Source: Ranitomeya imitator (Eukaryota). Taken from it: a stretch of 64,000 nucleotides of DNA. Under the pieces are notes generated by a model that was not told the DNA's origin, did not search any database, and worked only from the letters and a program-made list of their open reading frames with translations. Made by a program: the position numbers and the translations under genes. The stretch's first letter is position 1, and each line of letters opens with the position of its first letter. Positions 52,058 to 64,000 of this stretch are shown piece by piece. The stretch lies in the NCBI RefSeq assembly GCF_032444005.1, contig NC_091288.1, forward strand, positions 203,484,001 through 203,548,000, written 5' to 3'.

Positions 52058-52415
52058 AGGGGCTGTCCACTACCTACAAGAAAAAAAGGTTAAAAATGGC
52101 ACTGGAAGAAAAAAATAATAAAAATGATACTCGCCTAACAATCCGCCGCTGGTCCCGTTCAAGTCTTTACTTCCTGTTCCCTCTGGACAAACAGGAAGTG
52201 ACTGCTCAGCCAATCACTGGCCACATCAGCTTTATGCCTCAGCTTGTGATTCGCTACCTCGGTCACATGTGCCTGTGTAATGATGTACATGCTGCGGCAG
52301 GAATTTAAAGAAAATAGGGGGTCGGACAGTGTCTGAATGGGGTGGAGAGGACAATATTTTTTTTGGAACCCATTATGAAACTTACAAAAAAAAATAGCAG
52401 AAGTGGACATCCCCT
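52058..52415. mobile_element. T2/Kolobok-type MITE
   Basis: TTAA at 52054-52057 and 52416-52419; TIRs AGGGGCTGTCCACT / AGTGGACATCCCCT. Confidence 0.8.
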
Positions 52416-52774
52416 TTAAAATATATTAAAGTAGCATCATTCACGCATATGGACTGCAGTCGCATGGTACAGTGACCTGGGCATGCATGCAAGGAATTCA
52501 GGTTTGTTTTGGAAGTAATGATGATGGGAGCTGAAAGATGATTTCACACATCCCTGGTTTTCTTATACTCCATGACTCAGAAGAGTCATGTAACACTGTT
52601 CATCCTAAGCCTCCTGGTTCATGCAGACCTACTGAGATAGTTACACATATGGAACAAAAAAATAAAAATAAGGACCATAGATGAACATAGATGGTCATAT
52701 GCCAACAGCTAGGTCTTACTAAATAACTTTGATGCCTTTATTGCAGATCTGCCATTGGCCCTTTCCAGGGGACC

Positions 52775-55451
52775 ATGCCTGTTCTTTCTTCCAACCATCA
52801 AACTTCTCACATGGAGAAGGACAACATTCGAGAAGATGACAGCTTAACCAACCTACAGTGGCTTCAAGACTTTTCCATTTGGAGCTCAGACTTGACTTCA
52901 TTTGCTATTTCTTGTCCTCCTGCAACGAACAAGACCCAAGGTCCGTGTAGCCCTCCAGCTGGAGATACAGCCTCCTTCCAGGCTCCTCGTACAGGGAAAC
53001 AAAGGTCCAACAACGGATCCAATGCCTGGCCGTCTTTACCGTCTTCTGGACCAAATCCTATGCAGGAAGTGGATTATAGAACAAATCCTAATGTTAAACC
53101 GCCATATTCGTATGCCACCCTCATATGCATGGCTATGGAGGCCAGCCAGCAGAGAAAACTGACCCTGTCCGCCATATACAACTGGATCACCCAGAACTTC
53201 TGTTACTATAGGCATGCTGACCCAAGCTGGCAGGTAAGATATGTTCACTATCTAGTTGGAGGTCCTAGCAAGAGGGATAGCCTGAGCTGCCACCTACCTT
53301 GTCCATACCTTATGTGGTCCGCGGAGTCACCACAGTCAGGTATGACTGCTACCCAAAGGTCTAGTAAACCATATTGTGGCCATCAAAAGTGAAGTAAGTT
53401 AAGGCCTACTTGGTTTTAGGACTGGTACCAGCTCAAGCTTTCCCAGTATCAAGGATGATTGAAGTGTATGAGTGTGTATGTTGTAGATGTAGGTATGTGG
53501 TAGAAGACCAAGGGTAGTCCTGTAATCAGAAAGGTGTCCCCCATAAGAGCTTGTTTATACTATTTTTTGCTGAGTTTTTTTAATGGAAACTGAGCAGAAA
53601 CTACAATTTTTTGAGGAGTTTTGTGTTTTTGAGGAAAATTTGGAGAGTCACATCTCAGTTTCTGCTCCAAAATCTCTTTAGAAAGCTTAGTGTGAGCATA
53701 CCCTAACTGTTCCCTGAAATAAGCCCCCAATCTGTTCCTTATCATTTCGTCCACATACATTGCATAACTAGTTTTCTCCCAGACCTTCCAATTCAAAACT
53801 CTAGAAACTCGACGTAAAGTCCTCTAACGGGTCCCTTAAGGACTTATATATCTGGTTCATCTGTACCATTTAATGGCGCTACTTGTACAGGATCAAGGTA
53901 GGACCTGATTTGAAAACTTGAGGATCAGCAAATCTTAGCTATATGTCTAAATGAGAAGACGGAGATTGAAATGGTGATGATTGACATGAAGTTTAGGATA
54001 TTGATGACCCGAAGTATCTGCATACAGAAGGTAATAGCTATAGGACAAAGGTAACTGACCTTCCCTAGTGACAGGAGATGTAACGCAATAATTGAGAGTC
54101 ATATCATGAGGTAAAGACACATTTTTGAAGCCCCTTCAGATGTGGTTGCTAATTCTGCATCCCCTATAATTACATCCCCATCGGGCAGCACTATGGACAT
54201 AGACTATCTTGCATAGCCTGAATTTTTGGTTATGCTTCTTCCTAGAAACATATCCTAGGATATTATTACATCTGTCTTTTTATTTGGTTTTGGCCCAGAG
54301 AGCATCGGTTTCTACTCTTACGTCTTGATAGGACATGAAAGCATGAAAGGACCTCGGTGTAAAGGGCATAAGAGGAGTTTTGTATGGAGGAATCAATGAC
54401 CTGCTCATGTTGAGATGGGAATCCTCCTGTGATTACGGCACATTGCATTATTCATGACTAGCCTCATCTTTTGGTGAGGTCCTTGCCAGGTGTCCTTCTG
54501 TAGTTAACAGTAGGCTACCAGCCTGGCTTTGAGAGGCAGCTGCATAATGGAGCACTTTGTCCTGCCGGTAAGGGACACCTGAGCAGGTATGGTGTGGGGG
54601 ATGACAGAGATGATGGGATCATTCATCTAATTTTCAGTAGTCATACTCCATTAACCAGACCTGAGGTAGGCAACGTGTTGCACAAATTGTGGTGGGTCTA
54701 CACATCTTACTACGGAATATGCATAGACCTGTACATTAGAGTGCCTGTCTCATCATTCTTTCCATTTTCCATACATTAGTTTTTTTTCCCATTTCAGAAT
54801 TCCATCCGGCACAACCTCTCTTTGAATAAATGCTTCATGAAAGTCCCCAGAGGAAAAGATGAACCTGGGAAAGGTGGATTTTGGCAGATGGATCCTCGTT
54901 ACGCTGATATGTTCGTGAATGGAGTATTGCGAAGGAGAAGGATGCCAGCTTCTCATCTTGACCCTCCAAGGTGCAGCAACGTACCGATCCACCATCCCTA
55001 CCAGTCATCTGTTCGACCAAATAACCGCCAAAACCCAAATTCTTCTTGCAGTTACAAGCAGCTAAGGAGGCAAGAGAAGCCCAGTCCTGTTTTGCCGGCC
55101 CTGAGGTCACAGGAACGACATGGGGACAATTTCTTGTCTTCTGAAAGTGATCATCTGCGTGGAAGCAACTTTGATGACCTTGATCTGCAGACAGCTTTAA
55201 TATCAATGTGGTGGGAAGAAGACATAGGACCTTCTGGGGTCAATGCCTCAGTTGTGAACACTTCCAATTTGGAAGTGTCCCATCAGGAACCTGCCATAAT
55301 GGATAGCCAATGGTTCCTGCCTACTGACCACCATCCAACTTGGCAAGAGTTGAAAGAGGAACCTGTGGCGAATCAGTGGTTCATAGACAATGGTTATGTC
55401 GAAGATGTTTTGTATGAGTGCCCACCATGGGAAAGGGCTGAGACATTATGA
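52775..55451 (+). CDS. foxj1.2: Forkhead box J1-family transcription factor (foxj1.2 / foxj1b-type), 370 aa
   Basis: Exons 52775-53233 and 54798-55451. FoxJ1 N-terminal motif [15 protein letters not shown]. Forkhead domain [23 protein letters not shown]...[24 protein letters not shown]|[33 protein letters not shown], with the phase-0 intron in WQ|NS. Acceptor at 52746 lies upstream of the ATG; AATAAA at 55614. The paralog assignment (J1.2 rather than J1) rests on length and divergence from memory. Confidence 0.88.
53547..53703. mobile_element. Degenerate Harbinger-type MITE in the foxj1.2 intron
   Basis: TAA on both sides; imperfect TIRs gagcttgtttatact / agtgtgagcataccc. Confidence 0.45.
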
Positions 55452-58400
55452 CCTGTCGACCGGAAACACAAGCCTTAAAGCAGCTTATGGTTGGATTTCA
55501 GATTGTAATGACTGATGTGAAAAAAAACCTGGAACTGAGGACCTTTTCAGGCCTTTGGTCTCCTTGACCTTTCATGGTTGGAAAGTTGCATTTGAGGTGG
55601 GTCTTAGGGTCTAAATAAAGCTCACATTGTTAAGGATATGAGTCCATTCGGATCACCAAAAACTAATGGACCTTAGCCATATGACGACACACGGATCTCT
55701 GCAGGTTTTTTTTTGTATTCCAGGCCTGGACTTTAGGCCTTTTTTTTCATCCTGCACTAATGCGATATCACTACTTCAGAGAACTTGAAGGTCACAGCCA
55801 TTATATTACATCAAGCAGAAATATATTTTTACAAATCCTTTAAAATGATAGGTTATATATGAACAACGCGGAGATCTATATGGAGAGCAAATATCATAGA
55901 CTTTATGTTGACAGTACATGGATTTCATATGTGATGTGAAGGATAGTCAGATCTAGATATGAGGCCTACGAATCGGGCCCATCTGACATATGCAAAAATA
56001 AATGAAACATAATTAAACAGTGTCCTTTTGTTTTTTTTTCCTGGAGGGTTTAATGTTTGTTTGTTTTTGTTATCGTTTGCGAATAGGATTTTTTGTATAA
56101 AAAATAGAAAAAAGGGCTGTTTTACTTTTATTTCCTGTCAGCAACAGCACCACTTTTGCCCACAGTCTGTACCTGGTACTGCAGCTCAGGGCTATTCAAG
56201 GAAATATTGCAATACTGCTCTCAACCCACCGACAAGAGTGGCGCTGTTTCTTGAAAATAACTTTTTTGTTTTCTTTTGAATCGCATACAACTTTTTAAAG
56301 CTTTAGTGCTTCTGACTAATAACTGATTATATCTTTGTGCTCCAACGGAGGGGGAATATGAAGGCGATTTATGATGGCTGAGGCTTATCTCTGGACACCA
56401 ATGCACTCTGTAATAGGACAACCCCGCACCTACCATAAACGCATAATGCAAGTGAACGGGGTCACATTGCAGTCGGTAACGTACCACCGCATGCAAGTCG
56501 CAAAAAAGTTAGGAAAAGTTTGATTTTTCACAATGTATTTGTCGCGGTATTTTGTGTGTCGCTATACACCTGTACTATTCTGCATACAGCGTAGTTTGGC
56601 AGCGTGGTTTGTATCGCAGCAAAAATCAACATGGACATATTGGTGTCTTTCTATGTGGCAGAGGGGCCATTGGGACCCCTCCAGCAATGACACCAGGGTA
56701 CCACTGCTACTTTCCCCCCTAACTATTGTTATTTCTGAATTTTTTTATTAGAATCAGGGCCGGCTTTGTCGTTAGTTTATGCCTGGTATTGCAGTATTCA
56801 CCTCAATAGGGCTGAGCTGTATTACCTAACACAACCTATAGATAACGGTGGCGCTAACGAACAGGATGCTCAAGGAAGGGCAGCATACAAACTTAAAGTT
56901 TTCTATTTTTTTTTACATTTTTTGTTTTCAGACTGCTCTTCACTGTGGGTAGCTAATAGTCCCATATACCAAGGTCTGAGGACAGGGTATGGGAACCTCC
57001 CAGGCGAGCACAGTCCCATTTTATCAGGTTCCCTGTGTAATCCTAGATGTCTGTGTGATTAGCTCAGCAGATGACAGCTCATTATTTCCAGCAGGGGCTC
57101 AGTTTCCCGTGGTATAATTACACAGGAGGGAGGGAATGAGGTGTAGGAGTCAGAGCTGGATATAAGGCACCATGTCACCCCCGTGACCTCACATTTAATG
57201 AGACTATGTGGGAGTCAGATAAGGTTGGCAGACCCCAAGTATGCGAGTGTCTGAACCTATAGGTTATCGGTGGTCTTTATCTGCGTCTCAGTCCATGCAC
57301 TTGACTATGTTATCCATCAGTCATAAAAAAAAACTCCCTTCATGGTCAACAGGTCATGTCAGATCAGGGAAGAAATATGGATGTGCACACTTCACTTCCT
57401 ATGTATGGGAAGATTTGACATATAATTCTCTTTATTCACAGATGAATTAATCGTCCTGTATAGTATATTCCATGTGCCTTCACTATTTCACACATCCACA
57501 TTTCACGGCCCGAGTGCGGAACGCGATGTACGGACCGGCCGCCGGTCTCCTGGCCTGAACTCAACAGCCTCATAGGTCTATATGTTTGGGTCAGGGTTCC
57601 AGCGGCCATTTTGTACATCGTGGTCCGTAGTAGTCGGACCATAATATACAGAGATGTCTGAGGCTGCGAGAGATGGTCACGGCCATGTTGATTTCCAGGC
57701 CTTACTACATGGTTTCCTAGGTGACCCGCCACAGAGTGTTTCCTCAGGCAATTCGTCACCCACTCCTGCCTCCACTCCACCAATTCTCCCACAACTGATA
57801 AGTCCAGGGCTAACAAATATATAGACCAAAACATCCTGCTCACACACCTGTGCTAAAAAACACTCCCATATTTACACTTTCTTTTGCCCCTCTAAGCCAT
57901 GTTGTGGCCCTGCACTTCAACACCACTACTTCTAAGTCAGCGCGGGGCGTTTTCTGGTCCCAAACAGACGTTTAGGTCAGGAGGTCAGCGCTATTATGAC
58001 AGAATATGGCTGCACATCACGACCCACCAATCCCTGAACTCTAGAAAAATGGTGGAATTACTGCAAAATAGTTTGGCAATGTGAATGAATTGTGACTTTT
58101 TCCCTCAAAAAGGGAAAATTTAAGTAGTTTTTGAGTCACGCTAAGGTCGGCTGGACATATACCGTTTTTTTTTTTTCTTGTATGGGAAAATTTTTTCCTC
58201 ATGCATCTTTTTTTTCAGTGTGCTGGACCCATTTTTCGTCCATGTGTCAGTTTTTACAATCGTTGTTGCATCAGTTTTTCACGTATATATAAGAAAAAAT
58301 CTTAGCTTCTCCTACCCATTAAACTTCTGCATGCTATTGTGTTTTTTTTTTTCCTGGGGATATTGTCTTGCATTGATGAGTTAAATAAACCAGACAAAAA

Positions 58401-59207
58401 AATAAAAAAAACCTGATGTGTGAAACCAGCCTAGGCTATTTTCACACATCCGTTTTTCGCCGTCAGGCGCAATCCGGCGAATTGTGAAAAAAACGGATCC
58501 TGTGAATTATGCCGCCAAATCCGTTTTTTTTTTCCCATAGACTTGTATTACCGCCGGATTGCACCTGATGGCCTTCCGTTTTTCAAAAACTTACTTGAGT
58601 ATTTTCGGTGTGCTCGAAAAATATGTTCGAGACGAAGCGGCTGCATGTCACACGGTAGTTTGACACCCGCTACACATGCAGGGATTGCCTAATAGGTAAT
58701 CCATGTATGTGTAGTAGCTGTCAAACAGTCGCGCGACATACGGACGTGGGGACTTGAGCATATTTTTCTAGCACGCCGAAATCCTCGATTATCATTCAAG
58801 CAAGCTCTCTCATTGCTGATTCAAGTCTATGGCGGAAATTTGCATATAAAGTGCATATTTACTACCAGATATATTGACATGCTTAGGATTTTGAAAACAA
58901 TGCCCCACAGGTTAATTTCTGCTGCGTAAAAAAAAAAACACAGTGGCATGAAATTTATAAAAAACTGGAACTGTAATATGCTCCATTTTAGGTTTTTTTT
59001 TCATGCACACAAAAAAAAAAAAACGGGCCCAAATACTCATTGTTTCAATAATAGAAACCTTCTCCAAAAATTCTTGACAAAAACTGGCATTTCCTGAAGC
59101 GCTTTCCACTTGACTGTGGAGCACTTTTCATCGGATTCCAGTGTCACGGCCCAACCCTTACCAGTTCTTCCATACTGGTCTAGAACTGGTATACCGGATA
59201 CCATCCG

Positions 59208-59576
59208 TATGTGCACACGTTGCGGATTCTCTGCAGATCCGCAGCGTTTTTTGCGGTGCAGAAACACTGCAGATCCGCAATTGATTTACAGTACAATGTA
59301 AATCAATGAGGAAAAAAAAATGCTGTGCACATTTTGCGGAAAATTCGCTGCGGAAACGCTGCAGTTTAAAAGAAGTAGCGTGTCACTTCTTTTTTGTGAA
59401 TCTGCAGCGTTTTTGTACCCATTCCATTATAGAAAACCGCAGGGGTAAAAAACGCAGCAAATCCGCAGAAAAAAACGCAGCAAAAAACGTGACAAATCCG
59501 CAGGTGCGTTTTGTGCCAGGAGGCAGAATCCGCACCAGAAATTCCTAAGGCTAATCTGCAACGTGTGCACATAGCC
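59208..59576. mobile_element. PIF/Harbinger-type MITE, same family as 20237-20585, left TIR clipped
   Basis: TATGTGCACACGTTGC ... GCAACGTGTGCACATAGCC-taa, with internal tgcggatt/aatccgca repeats. Confidence 0.8.
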
Positions 59577-60244
59577 TAATTTGAGACCAAGATAACTCAC
59601 TCTGATGTAAGCAGGAACGTCTCCCCTGGTGAAATGGATCTCGCGGGCATGTGTGGCACCGCTCCCTCACTAACACACAAGCTGTGAGCAAACACAAGCT
59701 CGATAAATATTCCAAGACTGAGTGAATTATTAATTGGATCCCGTCACCTGGCAAGGACCTGTCACGCACCTGTCGGCCCCACACTCATCCCTCCGCTCTG
59801 TAATGTGCTCTCATCTCAACTTACCCCATAACATGGAGGCTGACGCAACAAACTCTTCACTGTGGGTAAATTAGCATAGTAGTAGGCCATCAGGTCCCAC
59901 CGGTGGCTAATATCTAGGCTTCTCTTAAATTGGGTACACGCCGTGACACCAACGATTGCAGACAGGTCAAGATGTACCAGCTGCTGATGGCGTCATGTTA
60001 AGACATAGTATTCAGCCATTTTCATAATGGCAGGTGTAATTATTCAACATAAGCCTGGGGCCAATACGTGAGGCTTATATATAGTATTTGTTATATACAG
60101 ATTGTCAAACGCAAAAACAAATCCCTAAACTCTAGACTGCAAAATAAAACTTATTATAGCATCCTATTAACAGTGAGGAACTAGAGTACAGTGAGGCATA
60201 AAAGAGTACCAATATTAACACATTATAACTCCACTATAGACCCA

Positions 60245-60283
60245 TTCCCCTGAGGAAGCTGGTCAGGCGAAACATGTCGGGAG
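60245..60283 (+). ncRNA. Minimal type-I hammerhead ribozyme, apparently intact
   Basis: UUCCC-CUGAGGA-A-GCU(GGUCA)GGC-GAAA-CAUG-UC-GGGAG. Stem I UUCCC/GGGAG is 5 bp, stem III is the palindrome ACAUGU, the triplet is GUC with predicted cleavage after 60278. Confidence 0.75.
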
Positions 60284-60342
60284 ACACTATAAGATTCTTT
60301 TAACACCATATGCAACTGTATCATGCATGACTAACAATCTAA

Positions 60343-60530
60343 GGCCGGGGTCACACTTGCGTGTGCAATGCGAGAAACTCGCATCAATGCCCAGCACTGC
60401 CGCTGGCACTTGGAATTGTAGGGTTCAGCTGCAAATACATGCAGCCGCATGCTCCGGTCCTGAGTGCCGGCGGCAGTGCCGGGCATTGATGTGAGTTCCT
60501 CGCATTGCACACGCAAGTGTGACCCCGGCC
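60343..60530. mobile_element. PIF/Harbinger-type palindromic MITE
   Basis: TIRs GGCCGGGGTCACACTTGCGTGTGCAATGCGAG / reverse complement, with TAA duplication at 60340-60342 and 60531-60533. Confidence 0.92.
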
Positions 60531-60589
60531 TAAATGTGATACTGTTTATGGACTGCAGCCATCCATGTTATTGATATAGTATCACCCCC

Positions 60590-60630
60590 TATCTTAATGT
60601 TTCGCCTAGCCAGCGTCCTCAGGGTGGTCT
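60590..60630 (-). ncRNA. Degenerate hammerhead motif
   Basis: Minus strand CCC-CUGAGGA-C-GCU(GGCUA)GGC-GAAA-CAU-UA-AGAU; core intact, stems I and III damaged. Confidence 0.5.
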
Positions 60631-60920
60631 ATAACGTACATAATACGGTATTTAGCCATTTTCATAATAACGACAGGTGTGATTATTTAACATAAGCCCA
60701 GAGCCAATACGTGAGGCATATATATATATATATATATACACTGTATATACATATATAGCATTTGTTATATACAGATTGTCGAATGCAAAAATCCCTAAAA
60801 ATTAGACTGTAAAGCAAAACTTATTTTTTTTTATCCAATTAACAGTGAGGGACTAGAGTACAGTGAGGCATAAAAGTATACTAATATTAACATATTATAT
60901 CATCACACCATTATAAACCC

Positions 60921-60960
60921 ATGCCCCTGAGGACGCTGGTCAGGCGAAACATGTCAGAGA
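60921..60960 (+). ncRNA. Hammerhead motif with disrupted stem I
   Basis: GCCC-CUGAGGA-C-GCU(GGUCA)GGC-GAAA-CAUG-UC-AGAGA; core, stem II and stem III intact, stem I mismatched. Confidence 0.55.
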
Positions 60961-60969
60961 GGTTATGAA

Positions 60970-61107
60970 TAGTGATGAGCGAATATACTAGTTACTCGAG
61001 ATTTCCTAAGCACGCTTGGGTGTCCACCGAGTATTTTTAGTGCTCGGAGATTTAGTTTTCTAAACTCTCAAGAAATCTCGAGTAACGCGTATATTCGCTC
61101 ATCACTA
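60970..61107. mobile_element. hAT-type MITE
   Basis: TIRs TAGTGATGAGCGAATA / TATTCGCTCATCACTA; 8-bp TSD gttatgaa / tttatgaa (7 of 8 match). Confidence 0.88.
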
Positions 61108-61210
61108 TTTATGAATGATTCTTTCAACAGCATGAGACTGAATCAAGCATGACAAAAACAATCTAAATGTGATGTGCAGTCATCACATTTATTTTATATT
61201 TTATTACCTC

Positions 61211-61250
61211 CTATCCTAATGTTTCGCCTGACCAGCGTCCTCAGGGGGAT
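61211..61250 (-). ncRNA. Degenerate hammerhead motif
   Basis: Minus strand AUCCCC-CUGAGGA-C-GCU(GGUCA)GGC-GAAA-CAU-UA-GGAU; core and stem II intact, stem III loop no longer palindromic. Confidence 0.5.
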
Positions 61251-64000
61251 GAGTCTACAAAGGATCTATGAGATCTTAATATTGGCACTCTTTTATACCC
61301 TCCGATTAATATAGTACTTATATTTACTGTCTAGACTTCAGGGCCTTTTTTGCCTGTTTATAACAAATGTTTTAGCTTACGCCCACCTAAACCTGCTATT
61401 ATTATTCTGCTTACATATGGTAGGCAGCCTCTGCCATATTACAGGTGGAGCAGAATGTATTGATACAGGCAGCAGGCACCGTGTCCATCCCTTTAGGTCA
61501 GTCAGACAATATCGTGTGACGTGACCACGCGACGGTAATTTCCCGATCTCTTCCTTGTGTTACACGTAAAGAATAAAGCCACGTAACCTCATCTTTCAGT
61601 CGCGCGCAGATCGGGTGTCGGGAGGGTTAACCCTTTTACAGCCGAGCTGGGTGTAAGGAACTATCACTTGTGGTATTGGAAGGAGTTTTTTTTGTTGACT
61701 GGTAGAAGCTGCTGGGGTTTGTAGTCCCACAGAGAGATATTAACAATCTTTATGGTCACTTTAATGGTTGTTACTGGTGGGTGCCCGGATTGGGGTAGCA
61801 AATTTTATGGCACTATGTATAAAAAGGTGCACCATATGGTCCCATTAACCAGGTCCTTCCTGGCCGCCAATATTCCATAATACTGCTAATCCACTGGCAG
61901 CAAAGGGCTCGGCCATTCTGAACAGGTCCATCAAGTTTTTAACCCTTCGTACCATCACCTAGGAATGTTCGGCATGATCCGACCTGCCCGGGTGGTGGAC
62001 AGCCCCCCTTCGAGTCTTTCTTTGATACCTCCTAGGGCATTGTGACTGGCAGGGACACAACGTGCACTATCACCTGGGCCTGCCGAAACATGTCCCCTTG
62101 TGTCACCACATGCATTCCTCCACACATAGGCTTAACTGTTTGATGGCCAGAGGTCCAGTGTAAATGTCGCAAATCTGTACAATTCTGGGGGGGGGGGGGG
62201 ACTTAGGTTTTATTCAGACGGAAGCATCTTGCTTCCATATTACAGCCGCAAATCCTGGCCAGACTGCGCGTTTATCAAAATCGCCTTTCTGCCCTTCTGT
62301 GAAAATCAGAGCGTACTTGGATGTCCAATTTTTTCACAGACCCATTAACTTGCAATTTAGTCCTCCAAGGCAGCGGGACCGAGACAGGTTTACTTCGGCG
62401 CTGGTGATGCCATATCGGGCATTCTGGGGTCCTCTGACACTTACTAGCCCCCTGCCACGTCATGTGCGGCTGGTGAGTGACCATTGTGCCCCCAATACCA
62501 GGCAGAGGGAGTCTACACGGTTCAATTTTAATAAACACATGAGCTCAAAACCGGCCATGCAAGTCTATGGGTCCGTAAAAAAAAATAAATAAAAATTGGA
62601 CTGCACTCGGATGACATCAAAGCGTGGTCCGATTTTCACAGATCGTCAATATGGAGAAGGTGCAGAAACTTATTTTTCTCTCCTTGTACTAGAAAAACTG
62701 ATGACACTCGGACCACACTCTGGTCAGAATAATTGATGCGTTTTTCTCCTACGTGGAAAATACTGACAACGTTAATGAGCCCTGAATGAGATATCTGAAA
62801 TCTCATGCACATTGCTTATTTTATTTCCTTCCAGATTTGTAGCAATTTCAGCCTCTTTCACCTATTTTAATAGGGAAAAAAAACACATTAAAAAATGCAT
62901 CAAAATACAAGACGACGTGTTTTTCCTAACAACGCATAAGTATTTGCAACAGAAAAAAAAAAAACTAAAAGTGGGCAAATACCCTTACACAGATGATCTT
63001 ATCCCCAAAAACAGCGCCACCTCTGTTCACAGGTTGTGTTTAGTATTGCAGATGAGCTGCAGTGCTACAAGATTGCTCCATATCTTCTCCTAAGCTGTAA
63101 CGCGTGTGCTCCCCCTCGTCTACAAAGGCATCGGTATAGGAGATACTCGGCGTGGAAGGGGGTTTGTTAGTATAGGGAAATTGCACAACTAGCAACTCCT
63201 TAAAGGCGCCGTATAAATCGAACAGAAACTGGAACGCAGCGCAAGTCCTCATAGGAGCGGTCATGATGCCTTGCAATGCTCCTAGGGGCGGTCAGGACCA
63301 CTTTTTAGATGAGACCCCATCAATGGCCAGGAAACAATGGTTCTAATATACTTTATTATTTGTCAACACTTTTGTCATAAATAGAAAACATCCAAAGGGT
63401 TTCACAATGACTGGTGCAGCGATGGCGCAAAAAGCAACCAAAATGTTGTGTACGCACACTCGATCACCCACGCACACTGTATAACCTGACATACAAGACA
63501 CACGTATTCATGTACAGCTAGGCGGGGGCAGAAATACCGGAGAAGTGTCTCGCGCCCTAGATTTACAGAATGACAACTGGTAGGATTCTTATATCATGTG
63601 CAATTAAAGTGTGCAATACACTACACACACAAAACCATATGATGGAGAACGGCCGCACAGTCCGTACACCCAGGACCGATGCAAAGCAGAACATACCGAT
63701 ATCCCGAGACATTGCTGAAAGTTTACCAAACATTGGACAGAAGTTGTGGTCTGGACGCCAAAACGGAGGATCAGAAGTTCCCCGCCCGGTTCGGCTTTCA
63801 TATACTTTCAATGAAGCCTCATTTTTCGAGTTGGAGGTCAGATGAGCTCTTATGTTCTCTCATTTATATGTGCAATCAAAATATAGGACGCGTGAAAAAG
63901 TTTTGTGAAAGTGCAGAAACTTTAAAGTTATTTGTCCAGTTTTTTTTTTTATGTCCTCCATATGATGTGAATCCCCTCCGTCCAATGTCAAATCGAGCAC

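Larger units (their letters stand above)
60005..61365. repeat. Duplicated ~480-bp hammerhead-containing unit with a terminal inverted segment (Penelope-like pLTR or retrozyme-like)
   Basis: 60005-60283 is homologous to 60645-60960; the spacers are homologous; 61250-61365 is an inverted copy of the region 5' of the + strand hammerheads. Confidence 0.75.

Noticed and set aside
62075-62100. GCCGAAACATGTCCCC resembling a hammerhead 3' half
   Set aside because: No CUGANGA upstream, so the catalytic core is absent.

Overview
Vertebrate genomic DNA, most likely from a frog (inference from a foxj1.2-type gene, TTAA/T2-type MITEs, a CR1 LINE and the satellite families). It has four N gaps: 7180-7334, 7568-8080, 31477-31611 and 33343-33491. 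Four protein-coding genes lie on the + strand: EARS2 (mitochondrial glutamyl-tRNA synthetase, 9-10 coding exons), TELO2 (20 coding exons), an intronless RING/coiled-coil/B30.2 TRIM-like gene with no B-box, and a FoxJ1-family gene (foxj1.2-like, 2 coding exons). I traced exon boundaries by hand using GT-AG junctions and reading-frame continuity. Introns and intergenic DNA are full of tandem repeats, MITEs, two non-autonomous Helitron-like elements, a 5'-truncated CR1 LINE with an uninterrupted ORF2, a Tc1 remnant and an actin-like gene fragment. The most unusual signals are: (i) minimal type-I hammerhead ribozyme motifs, four of them alternating +/- in a duplicated ~480-bp unit at 60.0-61.4 kb and one more at 38.5 kb; (ii) a 60-bp intronic satellite carrying ~27 co-oriented CTCF-like motifs; (iii) a Helitron carrying an RFX X-box and CCAAT hairpins just upstream of the foxj1.2 coding exon. 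No tRNA, rRNA or CRISPR array was seen.
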